64,000 nucleotides of DNA, from NCBI RefSeq assembly GCF_006345805.1, contig NC_043006.1, positions 55,676,001 through 55,740,000 on the forward strand. Direction: 5' to 3'. A program made the translations under genes and the position numbers. The notes beneath the pieces are model-generated. The model had not been told where the DNA came from. It did no database searches and saw only the letters and a list, made by a program, of their open reading frames with translations. Source of the DNA: Octopus sinensis. Taxonomy: Eukaryota. Positions 13,871 through 26,054 of the stretch are shown here, one piece after another; within the stretch, counting starts at the first letter, position 1; every line of letters begins with the position of its first letter.

Positions 13871-15505
13871 GAGAAAGAGAGAAAGAAAAATAAATAAAGA
13901 AAGAAAGCGTTATCAGTACGTGATGAAGCCGTGTGACAAAAAACTTACAATCCAAGTGATGGGAGATAGATGGATCCCAAACATAGGCAATGTTTTCAAG
14001 GAGGTACTTGTACTAGACCTCATGGCCGAAGGTCTTTTCAGAGGCAAGAGTAAAAATATTGATTTCACTTGAACCTGAAGAATGAAAAGTTTGTCGAAAC
14101 ATTACTGAAGCAAAATATATAAAAAAAAGCCTGGTAGAAAGTCTGCATGTTGTTTTAGAAGACATCTTTGTCATAAAAAACTGCTCGTGAGACTCGAATC
14201 TACATCTGCAACATATGACAAACGTTGTACCATTGGAATCGTAAGTTTGTGGTAATTCATTGTTGCTGGGTGGAAAAACATGATAATTACTTATTTAGGC
14301 ACAAGACCAGCAGCCTTGTAAGAATAGGTTAGACTATTTTAGTACTTGTTCCATGCTCTATTTTACTGACCCTGAAGGAATGTACGGCAAAATTGACCGT
14401 AGCGAGATTTGAACTCACTTTGGATGTGTTAGAAGTGGCAGTGGTGGATCACCGTCGTTTGGCGATGAGGATTCAGTCGTTCAATCTACTGGATTACCTG
14501 CTCCGGAATTAAGGTATACTTGCCCGAACATTCCTCAGACAAGTGTACCATTAACGTAATTCTCAGCTAAAACCAGCGAGATACGGTGTAACAAGGTCAT
14601 ATCTTTTGAATTACGAGTACAATCCACTCAATTGTAACAGCTTCCGTCAATCTAATTCCACTCACACAATATGGGTCGACTAGAGTTTATAAAAAATTAC
14701 ATTGGCTCCAGACGCGACTCAGTGGGATTGTTCTCGGAACCTCATGTATGCGAAGAGAACTTCTTAAACATTCGGCCATTCTGCGCATACCATGTTATTA
14801 TAACGACAATAGAAATAGTTCAAGCCCCAACAGTACATGCAGAGGCTATTGCGTGCTTCAATTTATAGATAAAACTAATGCAACTGGAAATTCTGTTTCA
14901 ATCCGACTTTGGTTATTCTTACTTCAGCACTTTTATACAACGTATATATATATACAAAACACACATACATAAACACAATATGTGTATAACATACACACAC
15001 ACATATACACAAAATCCTGAATAACATAATTATATGCACAACATAGACATATATGCATTATTTATAAAGCACACAACACAGATATGCATAATGCACATAT
15101 ACGTATTATCACATCTATACATATCACAACCTCATTATATTTATCAACCCACTCAAACTGTTAAATATTTTGATATGCCGTAGAGATGTGACAGTCACAA
15201 TGAACTTCGAAAAATAATTGCTTGGATTAGAATTTGGGTAGTTGAATACTACTGGTTTCTTACTTGACACGAGGTCAAAAGTTTGTGTAGGTGGCGTTGT
15301 CATCTGTATAGACGTCAATTGTAAATGTCGGTGTTCTTGACGAATTTGAGTTACTGCTCAACAATATGAATAAAAATAGCAAGTATATGGATACTATGGA
15401 CATTTCTATAAGCATAAGCTGCATCGAGTCAATGAAAGCGCCTCTACATGGTTACTCAGTATGATAGAAATAGCAGTGGATGTGATAGACGGAAACTGAA
15501 AGAAG

Positions 15506-15550
<45 letters not shown>

Positions 15551-15560
15551 ATCGCATATA

Positions 15561-17097
15561 CAGTGGGGGGGGGGGGAAATAAATATTCGTATATGTCAAA
15601 ATTCATTATCTAATTTCGAATGAACATAAATGGGATATACTATATTTGCATACACATGCATAACCTAAGAATATGCAAAAGAAAGTAATAAATTATAGTT
15701 ACTAAGGAATTTATATACAATTATAAATATTTAGGGGTAAAAAAGTATTCGTACGGAACATAGATTACTGATAATTTTGATTTAACACTTCGTAGCATAA
15801 CCATTATTCAGTTCCACTTCAACCAATCTCTTCTTGTAGTTCTTAATCAATGACTCGCATGGTTCGTTTGGAATTTTTTCTCATTCTTCTTGACAAATTT
15901 TCTTCAAATCTGGAATGCACCTTGGCGCTCTTGAATGAATTTTAATTTTCAAATAACGCCACAAATTTTCAATGGTGTTCAAGTCAGGTGACTGGCTTGG
16001 CCAATCTAATAATTTTATATTGTGATCGACAATCCATTTTTTGGTAGACTTCAGCGTGTGCTTATGGTCGTTATCCTGTTGCAAAACCCACCCTTCACAA
16101 AGCTGGAGCTTTTCTAAAGAGTCCCATAAATTATTGTTTAAAATATTTTGGTATATCTCTGCATTCATTCTACCATCTATCTCATGTAAATTGCCTGTAC
16201 CATTTGCAGAGAAACACTCCCACACCATGATGTTGCCACCTCCAAACTTTATGGTAATAATTTCTTCCAAACAATTCAATTTTCGACTCGTTTGTCCATA
16301 GAACATTTTCCCAGAATGTATCAGGTTTATCTTTATGTTCATAAACAAATTTTAAACGGGCATCGCTATGCCTTTTATTGAACAGCAGAGTTTTCCTAGG
16401 AGAGCGTGACTTCAGTTCATTCCTACAAAGTTCATTGCTGATTGTTCATAGTGTAACACTAGTCCCTGAAGCTAACAAATCTTCTCGCAACTCCTTTCTG
16501 GTGATCATTCCGTTTTTTTTCAAGTTTTCACTTCATTTTTCTTAAAGATCTAGGGGAAATCTTGCATGGTGCACTGGAACTTATTCTGTTTTCAACAGTT
16601 CCCGATTTTCTATATCTTTGAATAAATGAAGATATGGTAGAAAATGGAATACAAAGGGTCTCTGATATTTTCGTGTAACTTTTACCTGCTTTCCACTGTT
16701 CAATAATTACGTTTTTCACTATATTTGTGAGTTCTTTACTTTTCGCCATTATTACGATACTACTTTATGTTGTCTCAGTGCTGAATGAAGAAGCCAGCGT
16801 TTTGACTCTTAAAAATGACAACTGATAAGATTATTGGAACAAACGAGAAAGTTCTAGTAAAAAAAATATTTTAACACTATTTTGTGGCATAGAAAACCAT
16901 AAATTTATTCTTACGAATACTTTTTTCACCCCTAAATATTTACGATTGTATATAAATTCCTTAGTTACTATAAGTTATTAGTTTCTTTTGCATATTCTTA
17001 GTTTATGCATGTGTATGCAAATATAGTATTCTGAGCATTAGAAATTAAATAAATAAAGAATTTTGATATGTACGAATATTTCTTCCCCCCCCCACTG
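15561..17097 (-). mobile_element. Tc1-family DNA transposon (DD34E) with about 190-bp IR/DR-type TIRs, decayed
   Basis: TA-flanked CAGTG...CACTG ends. Long TIRs at 15561-15755 and 16915-17097, each with an inner repeat of the terminal motif. Transposase MAKSKELT... starts at 16749; WTNESK (first D mutated); QQDNDHKH-...-SPDLNTIE with 34-residue spacing. Confidence 0.92.
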
Positions 17098-17315
17098 TAT
17101 CACTGTATCACAGAAATATATATATATATATATATATAGATAAGAAAGTTTGTTTGGTAAAGCACGTGGGTGAATATATAAGAAAATAGTAAAGTGTGAA
17201 AAAACGACAGAAGGCTTAAATGTTAAAAAATATATATATTTGTGTCAAAATGTCTGGAGAATATTGGAAAAATTTTTTTCCTTTCCTTAAAATGACATAA
17301 TTTAAAAAATTTTTA

Positions 17316-17355
17316 AAGAAATTACCGGTTTCGCGTGTAGCTTTTCAAATTTCTT
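17316..17355 (-). ncRNA. Minimal type I hammerhead ribozyme motif (U3-A8 variant)
   Basis: Mirror copy of 17955-17994. Confidence 0.6.
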
Positions 17356-17954
17356 GTGACGTTATGTTTATATTGCATGGAATTATCGTTGTTTTTATTT
17401 CCAGGAGATTTCTAAATAAGGGGAGGTAGTGAGTGATTTTTTCCGGTGTAGGGGAGATAATCCCTTAAAAATTTTTTTCCCTTTTCCTTGTTAATTTCTC
17501 TGTGTCAGTATGTTCGGATGGTTGAGGCTGGGTTTGTACTTTTCAATGAAGAATGTTTCCTTGTTCAGTCTCAATTGTGTTGATGATCCGAAAGCACATT
17601 GGTAAAATGGGAAGATTAAAAATTGTGGCAGTAGTTGCTTTGCGCATTTCTCAATTGAGAAATGCGCAAAGCAACTACTGCCACAATTTTTAATCTTCCC
17701 ATTTTACCAATGTGCTTTCGGATCATCAACACAATTGAGACTGAACAAGGAAACATTCTTCATTGAAAAGTACAAACCCAGCCTCAACCATCCGAACATA
17801 CTGACACAGAGAAATTAACAAGGAAAAGGGAAAAAAAATTTTTAAGCGATTATCTCCCCTACACCGGAAAAAATCACTCACTACCTCCCCTTATTTAGAA
17901 ATCTCCTGGAAATAAAAACAACGATAATTCCATGCAATATAAACATAACGTCAC

Positions 17955-17994
17955 AAGAAATTTGAAAAGCTACACGCGAAACCGGTAATTTCTT
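17955..17994 (+). ncRNA. Minimal type I hammerhead ribozyme motif (U3-A8 variant)
   Basis: aagaaat-TTGAAAA-gc(tacac)gc-GAAA-ccgg-TA-atttctt: 7-bp helix I, 2-bp helix II, palindromic ACCGGT helix III, GUA cleavage triplet. Confidence 0.6.
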
Positions 17995-18126
17995 TAAAAA
18001 TTTTTTAAATTATGTCATTTTAAGGAAAGGAAAAAAATTTTTCCAATATTCTCCAGACATTTTGACACAAATATATATATTTTTAACATTTAAGCCTTCT
18101 GTCGTTTTTTCACACTTTACTATTTT

Positions 18127-18165
<39 letters not shown>

Positions 18166-18168
<3 letters not shown>

Positions 18169-18378
18169 TCTGTATCTGTGTTTGTCCTCCACCACCGCTT
18201 GGCAACAGGTATTGGTATGTTTACGCCTCTGTAACTGGGGGTTCGGCCAAAGAGACCGACAAAATAAGTGTCAGACTTAAATAATGTCTATTCATCCGCC
18301 TAAAAATTCTTCAAGACGGTGCCTCCGCATGGCTGCAGTCTATTAACTAAAACAAGTAAAAGATAAAAGATAAAAGAT
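18166..18378 (+). mobile_element. 3' half of SINE (family of 1447-1894)
   Basis: ctgtgtttgtcctccaccaccgcttggcaac...gttcggccaaagagaccga...aaaacaagtaaaagataaaaga. A short 5' piece (gtggatgtgatagacggaaactgaaagaagcc) lies at 15477-15509. Confidence 0.7.
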
Positions 18379-18942
18379 ATGTTTAATGTTATTTGTATGA
18401 CGCTCAAATATCGCTAATTATATTTCTGTATATTTGATTACTTCTCGTTATAGATTACCGGGAAACAATTTCCTAGAACTTTATGAAAATCGTTTTATAT
18501 TTTGTTTTAGTGGCAATAATTCTGTGATACTAAAATTCTTAAATGACAATCAACCACGCTTAACAGTAGTCTGATTATGTTAAGTGAAAACCACTTATAT
18601 TGCATAAGTTAATTGACAATCTGTAATTCTAGATTTCATAATTGCTAGTCAGTAACAATTAAGTTTAAAACAATGGACTATTAACATCCGCACTGGATCT
18701 TTGAAGAGGACAAGCGAACGAAGAAGTGCTACGTTATCACTATACTTGCTAGAAATAGTAGCCAAATCGCACTCTTCTTAATGAAAAGTGCGATTTGGCT
18801 ACTATTTATGAATTTTAATGAAAAAGAAAGGACTAGTTCGATAATGTGGCGTAGGATTAAATATTTCTGAAATGACAGAATGGTCACCGTTTTAATGAAT
18901 TCGGTCATATATCTACCTAACCAGGATTGACATGGGCTAAAC

Positions 18943-19246
18943 CAGTGGTTCCCAATGTGGGCAGTATTGTCCCCTTGGGGCGGTGGAATGTTCCAAGGGG
19001 CGTTGAAGAAAAGTGGGGCGCTAATGGGGTAGCAATTCATGTAAAAAGTGGGGTGATAATGGTGTAGCGATTCATGTAGAAACAACAAAATATTGGGTTC
19101 ATTAAGTTAAGTTTTATTTGTGAAATACAGTTGCTTTGAATTTACTTCAGAAAGAGGTCTGTGTTTGTGATAGTTAGGGTGGGATCGCTAGGAATGTGGC
19201 TTAGGTGTCAAGGGGACAGCAGCCCGAAAAAGCTTGGGAACCACTG
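18943..19246. mobile_element. hAT-family MITE (304 bp)
   Basis: TIRs CAGTGGTTCCCAA / TTGGGAACCACTG and a perfect 8-bp TSD GGCTAAAC (18935-18942, 19247-19254). Confidence 0.9.
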
Positions 19247-21246
19247 GGCTAAACAACACTCGAACTATCTGCTCTATCGGAAGAACTGACAGCAGTGAGA
19301 GAATGAGGCATCAACATCATTGTCCTGAGCATACTGCCAAGTAAGTGACCACAGCTTTAAACTACAATATCAGATCTCTGCTGTATTAAATGGCCACAGC
19401 ACTAAGTTACCACTACATTAAACCACCTCATTAAACCAATACAATATAGAACCTTCACGCTATCAAATCAACATCCCTAAAATATTTGTGTATAGCAACA
19501 TCCTTGTTTATTAGCTGCGATAAATTCTTTGAGCTGACGTTTGATTGTTCTGGGGTTAACACACCACAACTTTTAGCGAAACTCCAACTTCATCTCAAAA
19601 CCAGTTATGAATATATTAAAAAATATTACGTCTTGTTACACCATGAGAGGATTGTCTTTGCACACCAAAATAATAATGAAAGTATGAAAAAAAATGAAAA
19701 ATATTAAAAAAATCTGTGATTCTGACAAATATATTTCGTCAGAATGGCAGAGTGTTCCTGCACTCCATTCAATCTACGAAAATGGTGCATGTAGTTTTTC
19801 TTGTATAGCATCAGAGGTGGGTGTTCACAACATAGTTGGTTTTGAAATAAAGGATAATTACATTAAAATTATTCATCTGCTTTTCCTGCTCGCATCACTC
19901 TTCCCACCTTCATTTTTCAGACCTTTTAAGAAACACTTTGACCGCTATTTCCTCTACAGGCGTACAATCTTCTGCTATTCCCTCTCCTCCCACGTCTTTC
20001 CTTCAAACTTTGATCTATAGACATTCAAGATCAGTCTAAACAGCCTGAGTCCTACCAATCTAATAAAAAATCAAGAATACTGGTACTCTTTCTCTGGCGT
20101 AATTGTAAATAAATTATACTTGTGTTATTGAAATTTTTTACAGTAAGAAAATCCATTTACTTTATCTCACATCCTACAATTTTCAATTACTTCTTTCTTA
20201 ATATACTGCCTGCTGTAGATCTGTTTTATTCAAACTGCTTTGAAATGAAACTACTGCAAGTCTTCTGCCTTAATTTAACGTAAAACCGATGTCAATCAGT
20301 ATTACAGAAGCAATTTGTAAAACGAACCATCCATTAAAAGAAATCCATGTTTTGACAGAAGTCTGTTTATTTCCAGTAGGAAAGTTTTAGTTACTGAAGA
20401 TTAACATTAAGAGTGGAATACATTCAATAACTTTGAAAGTTAAAGGAAAAATTATGCAAACACACACCTGTCAGTTACAGCTTTGCTATGATATTACTGT
20501 GATGAAGAAAGTTGGAATATTACAAATTTTCAGACAAGAAAAGTAAATTAATTAAGGGATTGCAATTGAAATTATACTATTCCTCTACGGAATTTCGTAT
20601 CGATTGAAAATGATTGAAAGCATGAGACTTGAAGCTGTACAGATATAAAGACGATCGATTGAGAAGAGATGATTTTTTTGTATTTGTTAGTGAAATTATT
20701 CTCAATCGTTTCTCTATGGTCACGGGCCACCGTCTTGATAGCAAAAACTATTGGTATAAAATGAAAACTGTATAAACATGTATGTTCAACCATGTGACAA
20801 TGCAAGAAGAGACAGCAACTATAACATGGAAAGAAATCGAATTGAAAGAAACAACATACAACGAAACTTAATGCAAACATTATGAATATTATGATATCAC
20901 CATTGTATATGATAGATGTGGGAAGAAGTATGGGTGAGAAGGATGATTGTCATTTGATTGAATGGAGAAATGGAGGACAGACAGACAGACCGTAGCGGTG
21001 CAGATGGTGGGATGATGATGATGATGAACATGGTTTTGGTGTTAATGATAATGATGTTAGTGATAATGTTGGTGATATTGGTAGTAGTGATAACGATGAT
21101 TATCCTCACGATAAAAATGTTGATGTTGGTGATAAAAGTGATGGTAATGCAGATGATAGTGATGTTAATAATGATGATGATGAATAATGAGGAGTTGATG
21201 ATCTTAATTCAATGTAGTGATAATACTTCTGATTTATCTATTGCAG

Positions 21247-21407
21247 GTAACTTGCTGGTCCTTTATATTATCATTAGAAATGCTCGCTTGCGAACACGAA
21301 CCAATTTTTTCTTAGCAAACCTTGCTGTTGCGGATTTCTGTGTCGGTGTATTTTGTGTCTTTCCAAATTTATCAATGTATATTTCGCCAATCTGGCATTT
21401 TGGAAGG
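21247..21407 (+). CDS. TrissinR: Internal coding exon of a class A peptide GPCR, trissin receptor-like (end of TM1 to ECL1)
   Basis: ttgcAG acceptor (phase 1) and GTATGT donor (phase 0). GNLLVLYIIIRNARLRTRTNFFLANLAVADFCVGVFCVFPNLSMYISPIWHFGR contains the TM1 GN and TM2 LAVAD motifs. Confidence 0.85.
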
Positions 21408-21955
21408 GTATGTATTCATTTTATTTCTTTGTTCTTTTCCTGATTTCAGTCATTCAACTGTGCCAATGCAGAGAGGTGGGTCGAGTGTCGTTTCTTTTAA
21501 ATAACTCTCAACGGTACAGTGTCAATTACTTCGTACCTAGAACATATTTTAAGGATGAAAGACAGAATAGAAGGGATATGAACTTAGAACTTAAAGAGGT
21601 GTAGGTATTTTCTCCAACGTTCTAATAATTCAGCCTTCCACACATCCAAATGTAGTAAATTTGTGAATCTGTTATCCCCATTTATTTATTTCTATTTATT
21701 ATTTATACTTTATATTTAAAACTGGTAAACAATAGTGTCATCGGTTACAGAATTTTAAAATGGAATCAATCACTGATCCACTACACTTATGCTACTGAGA
21801 GAAACAGATAAGTGTCCGGAGCGCGGTGCATAAAAAGTACTTCGAAGGACACCGCTTTTTCAGTTTCCGAGGAAGATACACGCAAACATACATACAAACA
21901 CACGCGTGCACACACATTAATTTATTTTATTTTGCATTATTTCTACTTTAACACT

Positions 21956-21991
<36 letters not shown>

Positions 21992-22757
21992 CATTTTATA
22001 TTTACATTCTTACATCTCTTTCTCGTTATATTCATGAATTTCTATAGTTTTCTAATTATCTTTATTTAAAATTCTACTTTTGTTATCAGATGTAAAATTT
22101 CATTGTTTTACACACACTTACATTGTCAGTTCTCAGTCTAAAAGCAACTGTAATCAATCTTGCTAATTGGCAGTTGCCTACAGTATACTTGAATTAATTA
22201 TCAATAACCGACCAAAACAACATTCCTTCTTATGCCCTCAAAACAGTTTTAACAATAGTAAAACTAATCTCCACTGACTTGAGATATTTATCAAGAGAAC
22301 TACTTGTTGCTTTGCAATTAGCAAACATACCTAACAACCACCAAAACATTAAATATTCGTTAAATAAAGCCTTCCTCTCACATACGTACATGCAGCGGCA
22401 AGAGATAAATTCAACAATAACATCAGTCTAAGAAAAATCCACAATACAGTTTCCTAATTATTTCTTGTTCGTTGTGGTAAAATAGCCAGGGGCAAAAATA
22501 GGATTTTGTATTTACATTTTCCTCTGTAAAACTTATTGTTTCCTGCCAATTTGCTTTCCAATCGAAACTGATCAATCCTAATCAGAGTAAAAAGAAAACA
22601 AGCTTCAAACACGATATCTATTTGTCTGAGAATTCTGAACACGAGACTCCGAGTAGCGACTCGTAAAACCACAGCCCTAAATAAAATCAAAATCTAATCT
22701 ACTCTGTTCAAATGCATTTAGTAATTGTTCATATAATTCCATTCGCTTATGTGTCAC

Positions 22758-22842
<85 letters not shown>

Positions 22843-22847
22843 AATAC

Positions 22848-23040
22848 ACGAGGTATTATCAATAAGTACGAGAACTGTTGACATAGTAACGAAGCTAAAG
22901 CACGCAGAGTAAAACCACTGGACAAAAATTGACCTTGAACTCTGCTGTGCATGCAGGCTAAGTTTTAACGCTGCTTACAGAAGTGCTTGGAAGGAAGGCG
23001 TGTAGCGTGTGATCGTCGCATTGACTATGACAGAGAAAGT
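22848..23040 (+). mobile_element. Mariner left-end fragment
   Basis: acgaggtattatcaataagtac TIR and the start MTEKV; same family as 39424-40300. Confidence 0.7.
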
Positions 23041-23500
23041 TGCCTTGGTATAAAATATTCTGCTCAATACCACAGATTTGCTTGTCAGATGCTTAACCTT
23101 TACCAGTTGAGCATGTCCCTTAGTGACTGACGATATGTGCATCTCTGATCACAAGCAGGAGTAGTAGGGGAAGCATCATAGCCATGTCTTGAGAGGGATT
23201 CTTTGGGGTTTGAATAATTCACCTCTGGAAACGTGGGTGTTTCGTTCAACATCCTTAAACAACCCTTATTCAGAGACTTTTTGAGCGGGATGGGCTAGTT
23301 GACCAGAAGAAAATTCTAACTGGGCCCCACCTGCAAGGTCATGTGCTGTTTATCATGATATGAGATCACCATGTCGCGAACATATGATTGTGATGCATGT
23401 GCCTAGTGTGCCCTTATCGGACGTGTAGTCATGATGGGTATAGTGGGTTTCGTATATTTTACCCCATTGTCAGTTTGATGGCAAGCACTGCTCTCTCACT
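23041..23500 (+). mobile_element. About 560-bp non-coding (AAT)n-tailed repeat, copy A (5'-truncated)
   Basis: Collinear with 24453-25010 and 25071-25628; followed by (AAT)n at 23501-23590. Confidence 0.8.
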
Positions 23501-23547
23501 AAATAATAATAATAATAATAATAATAATGATAATAATAATAATAATA

Positions 23548-23590
<43 letters not shown>

Positions 23591-23593
<3 letters not shown>

Positions 23594-24408
23594 CAGGCCA
23601 ATATATTAAAGATCAGAAGCAGTCCAACGTGTCGTGTATGCAAGCAACAAAATGAAACCATTGACCATGTGGTCTCCAAGTGCAGTCTTCTAGCGCCTAC
23701 AGAGTATCTCAACAGGCACGATAGAGCTCCACAATATATTCACTGGGTAATCTGTAAAAACCTGGATTTGCCCCATGAAAAAAACTGGTGGGAACACAAA
23801 CCACCCCCAGTGCTTGAAAATGACCACATCTCACTCCTCTGGAACTTCACCATTCAAACTGACAGAAAGATAGATGCAAATAGGCCAGACATCATATTGA
23901 AAGACTTCAAACAAAGAACATGCCTCCTCATTGATATGACTGTCCCAATCGATATAAACGTATCTGTCAAGACCTACCAAAAACTGAGCAAATATAAAGA
24001 TCTTGAAATAGAAATCAGCAAAATGTGGAAGCTGAAGACTAAAACAATACCTGTTGTCATAGGTGCCCTGGGAATGATAGCAAAAGGGGCTGATAGCTAC
24101 CTAACTCAGATACCAGGAAACCCAAAAATGGCAGAAATTCAAAAGATAGTGCTCATGGGAACTGCTCATATCCTACGCAAAATACTTTCTATGTAATCTC
24201 AAGGTTTAAAACAAACATAATTTTCGGTTTAAAAAAAAAAAAACTTTTCTTTTTTTTTTAGACATTCATTAGTACAACACCCCCACCCCCCGAATATATG
24301 GCACACTAGGCATAACAACAACATGAACTTCCAACCCTGTTGTCTCTTGAGGTCTCTGGGTGAGACTTGGAGCCAACTTGTACAAATATAAAGCAAAAGT
24401 CAAACATA

Positions 24409-24409
<1 letters not shown>
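23591..24409 (+). mobile_element. 5'-truncated R4/Dong-clade LINE (CCHC knuckle + restriction-like endonuclease + 3' UTR) in (TAA)n
   Basis: CRVCKQQNETIDHVVSKC, RHD, WNFTIQTD..ANRPDII..LIDMTVP..KLSKYKDL, PVVIGALG, GTAHILRKIL. Flanked by (AAT)n on both sides, the known Dong-type target. Confidence 0.88.
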
Positions 24410-24452
<43 letters not shown>

Positions 24453-24455
<3 letters not shown>

Positions 24456-25010
24456 TGCCCTGATGCAGTACCAGGCAGTGGCTCTCATGGCTTCTGATCT
24501 TAACTGATTGGAAGTGTTATCATGTACATTGTTTTGTCTTGGTATAAAAGATGGGCTACAGCAAATATTCTGCTCAATACCACAGATTTGCTTGTCAGTT
24601 GTTTGACCTTAACCAGTTGAGCATGTCCCTTAGTGGCTGACGATATGTGCATCTCTGATCACGAACAGAAGTAGTGGGGGAGCATCATAGCCATGTGTTG
24701 AGAAGGATTCTTTGGGGTTTGAATAATTCACCTCTGGAAACAGGGGTGTTTCGTTCAACGTCCTTAAACAACCCTTATTCAGGGACCTTTTGAGCGGGAT
24801 GGGTTACTCGATCTGAAGAAAATTCTAACTGGGCTCCACCTGCAAGGTCATGTGCTGTTTATCTTGATATGAGATCACCATGTCGCGCACATATGGTTGT
24901 GATGCATGTGCCTGGTGTACCCTTATCAGACGGGTAGTCATGATGGGTATACTGGGCTTCGTATATTTTACCCCAGTGTCACTTTGATGGCATGCTCTGC
25001 TCGCTCACTC
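24453..25010 (+). mobile_element. About 560-bp non-coding (AAT)n-flanked repeat, copy B
   Basis: aaatgccctgatgcagtacc...ctcgctcactc between (AAT)n tracts. Confidence 0.85.
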
Positions 25011-25070
<60 letters not shown>

Positions 25071-25074
<4 letters not shown>

Positions 25075-25628
25075 GCCCTGATGCAGTACCAGGCAGTGGT
25101 TCTCATGGCTTCTGATCTTAACTGACTGGAAGTGTTATCATGTACATTGTTTTGTCTTGGTATAAAAGATGGGCTACAGCAAATATTCTGCTCAATATCA
25201 CAGATTTTCTTATCAGTTGTTTGACCTTAACCAGTTGAGCATGTCCCTTAGTGGCTGACGATATGTGCATCTCTGATCACGAGCAGAGGTAGTGGGGGAG
25301 CATCATAGCCATGTGCTGAGAGGGATTCTTTGGGGTTTGAATAATTCACCTCTGGTAACATGGGTGTTTCGTTCAACATCCTTAAACAACCCTTATTCAG
25401 GGACCTTTTGAGCAGGATGGGTTATTCGACCAGAAGAAAATTCTAACTGGGCCCCACTGCAAGGTCATGTGCTGTTTATCTTGATATGAGATCACCATGT
25501 CACGCACATGTGGTTGTGATGCATGTGCCTAGTGTACCCTTATCAGATGGGTAGTCATGATGGGTATACTGGGCTTCGTATATTTTTACCCCATTGTCAC
25601 TTTGATGGCATGCACTGCTCTCTCACTC
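25071..25628 (+). mobile_element. About 560-bp non-coding (AAT)n-flanked repeat, copy C
   Basis: Same termini as copy B with scattered substitutions. Confidence 0.85.
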
Positions 25629-25650
25629 AATAATAATAATAATGATGATG

Positions 25651-25706
<56 letters not shown>

Positions 25707-25733
25707 TATAATAATAATAATAATAATAATAAT

Positions 25734-25935
25734 AGCGATCGGACAGTTTCGAGGATTGTTTATTAAAATCGGAATTGAACCAAGGTTACAGGTCTTGCAG
25801 AAGAGAGAACACCTTGCTACAGCAAGGATTTTAAGGAAAGTCTTGACTTTGTAAGGAACAGGAGGGGAAGCAGTAAGGGAGCATTGTCAACTTGTTGTTA
25901 ACGGTTCCCTAACTGAAATGTCTGAACTATTTAAC
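25734..25935 (+). mobile_element. Extreme 3' fragment of a second R4/Dong-like LINE family
   Basis: IGIEPRLQVLQKREHLATARILRKVLTL* parallels IQKIVLMGTAHILRKILSM* at 24196; begins right after (AAT)n. Confidence 0.65.
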
Positions 25936-25999
25936 ATTTAGGTGCTTGAGATGTACAAAAATGATGAAACTTCGAAGTCATATTCAGTTAGTATTTCTG

Positions 26000-26054
<55 letters not shown>

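Larger units (their letters stand above)
17139..18135. mobile_element. Penelope-like element fold-back: 481-bp arms with no spacer, plus a 35-bp tail
   Basis: 17174-17654 is the reverse complement of 17655-18135 (1 substitution and 2 single-base indels seen). 17654-17818 translates IEKCAKQLLPQFLIFPFYQC...RLNKETFFIEKYKPSLN, matching the GIY-YIG C-terminus of the PLE ORF at 63645-63950. Confidence 0.85.

Noticed and set aside
20958-21246. Met/Val/Ile-rich N-terminal extension of the GPCR exon ORF
   Set aside because: It is a decayed (ATG/GAT)n tract in the intron; a canonical acceptor precedes 21247.
23041-25628. CRISPR-like or satellite array
   Set aside because: The units are about 560-bp interspersed-type elements separated by microsatellite, in eukaryotic DNA; there is no repeat-spacer structure or cas gene.
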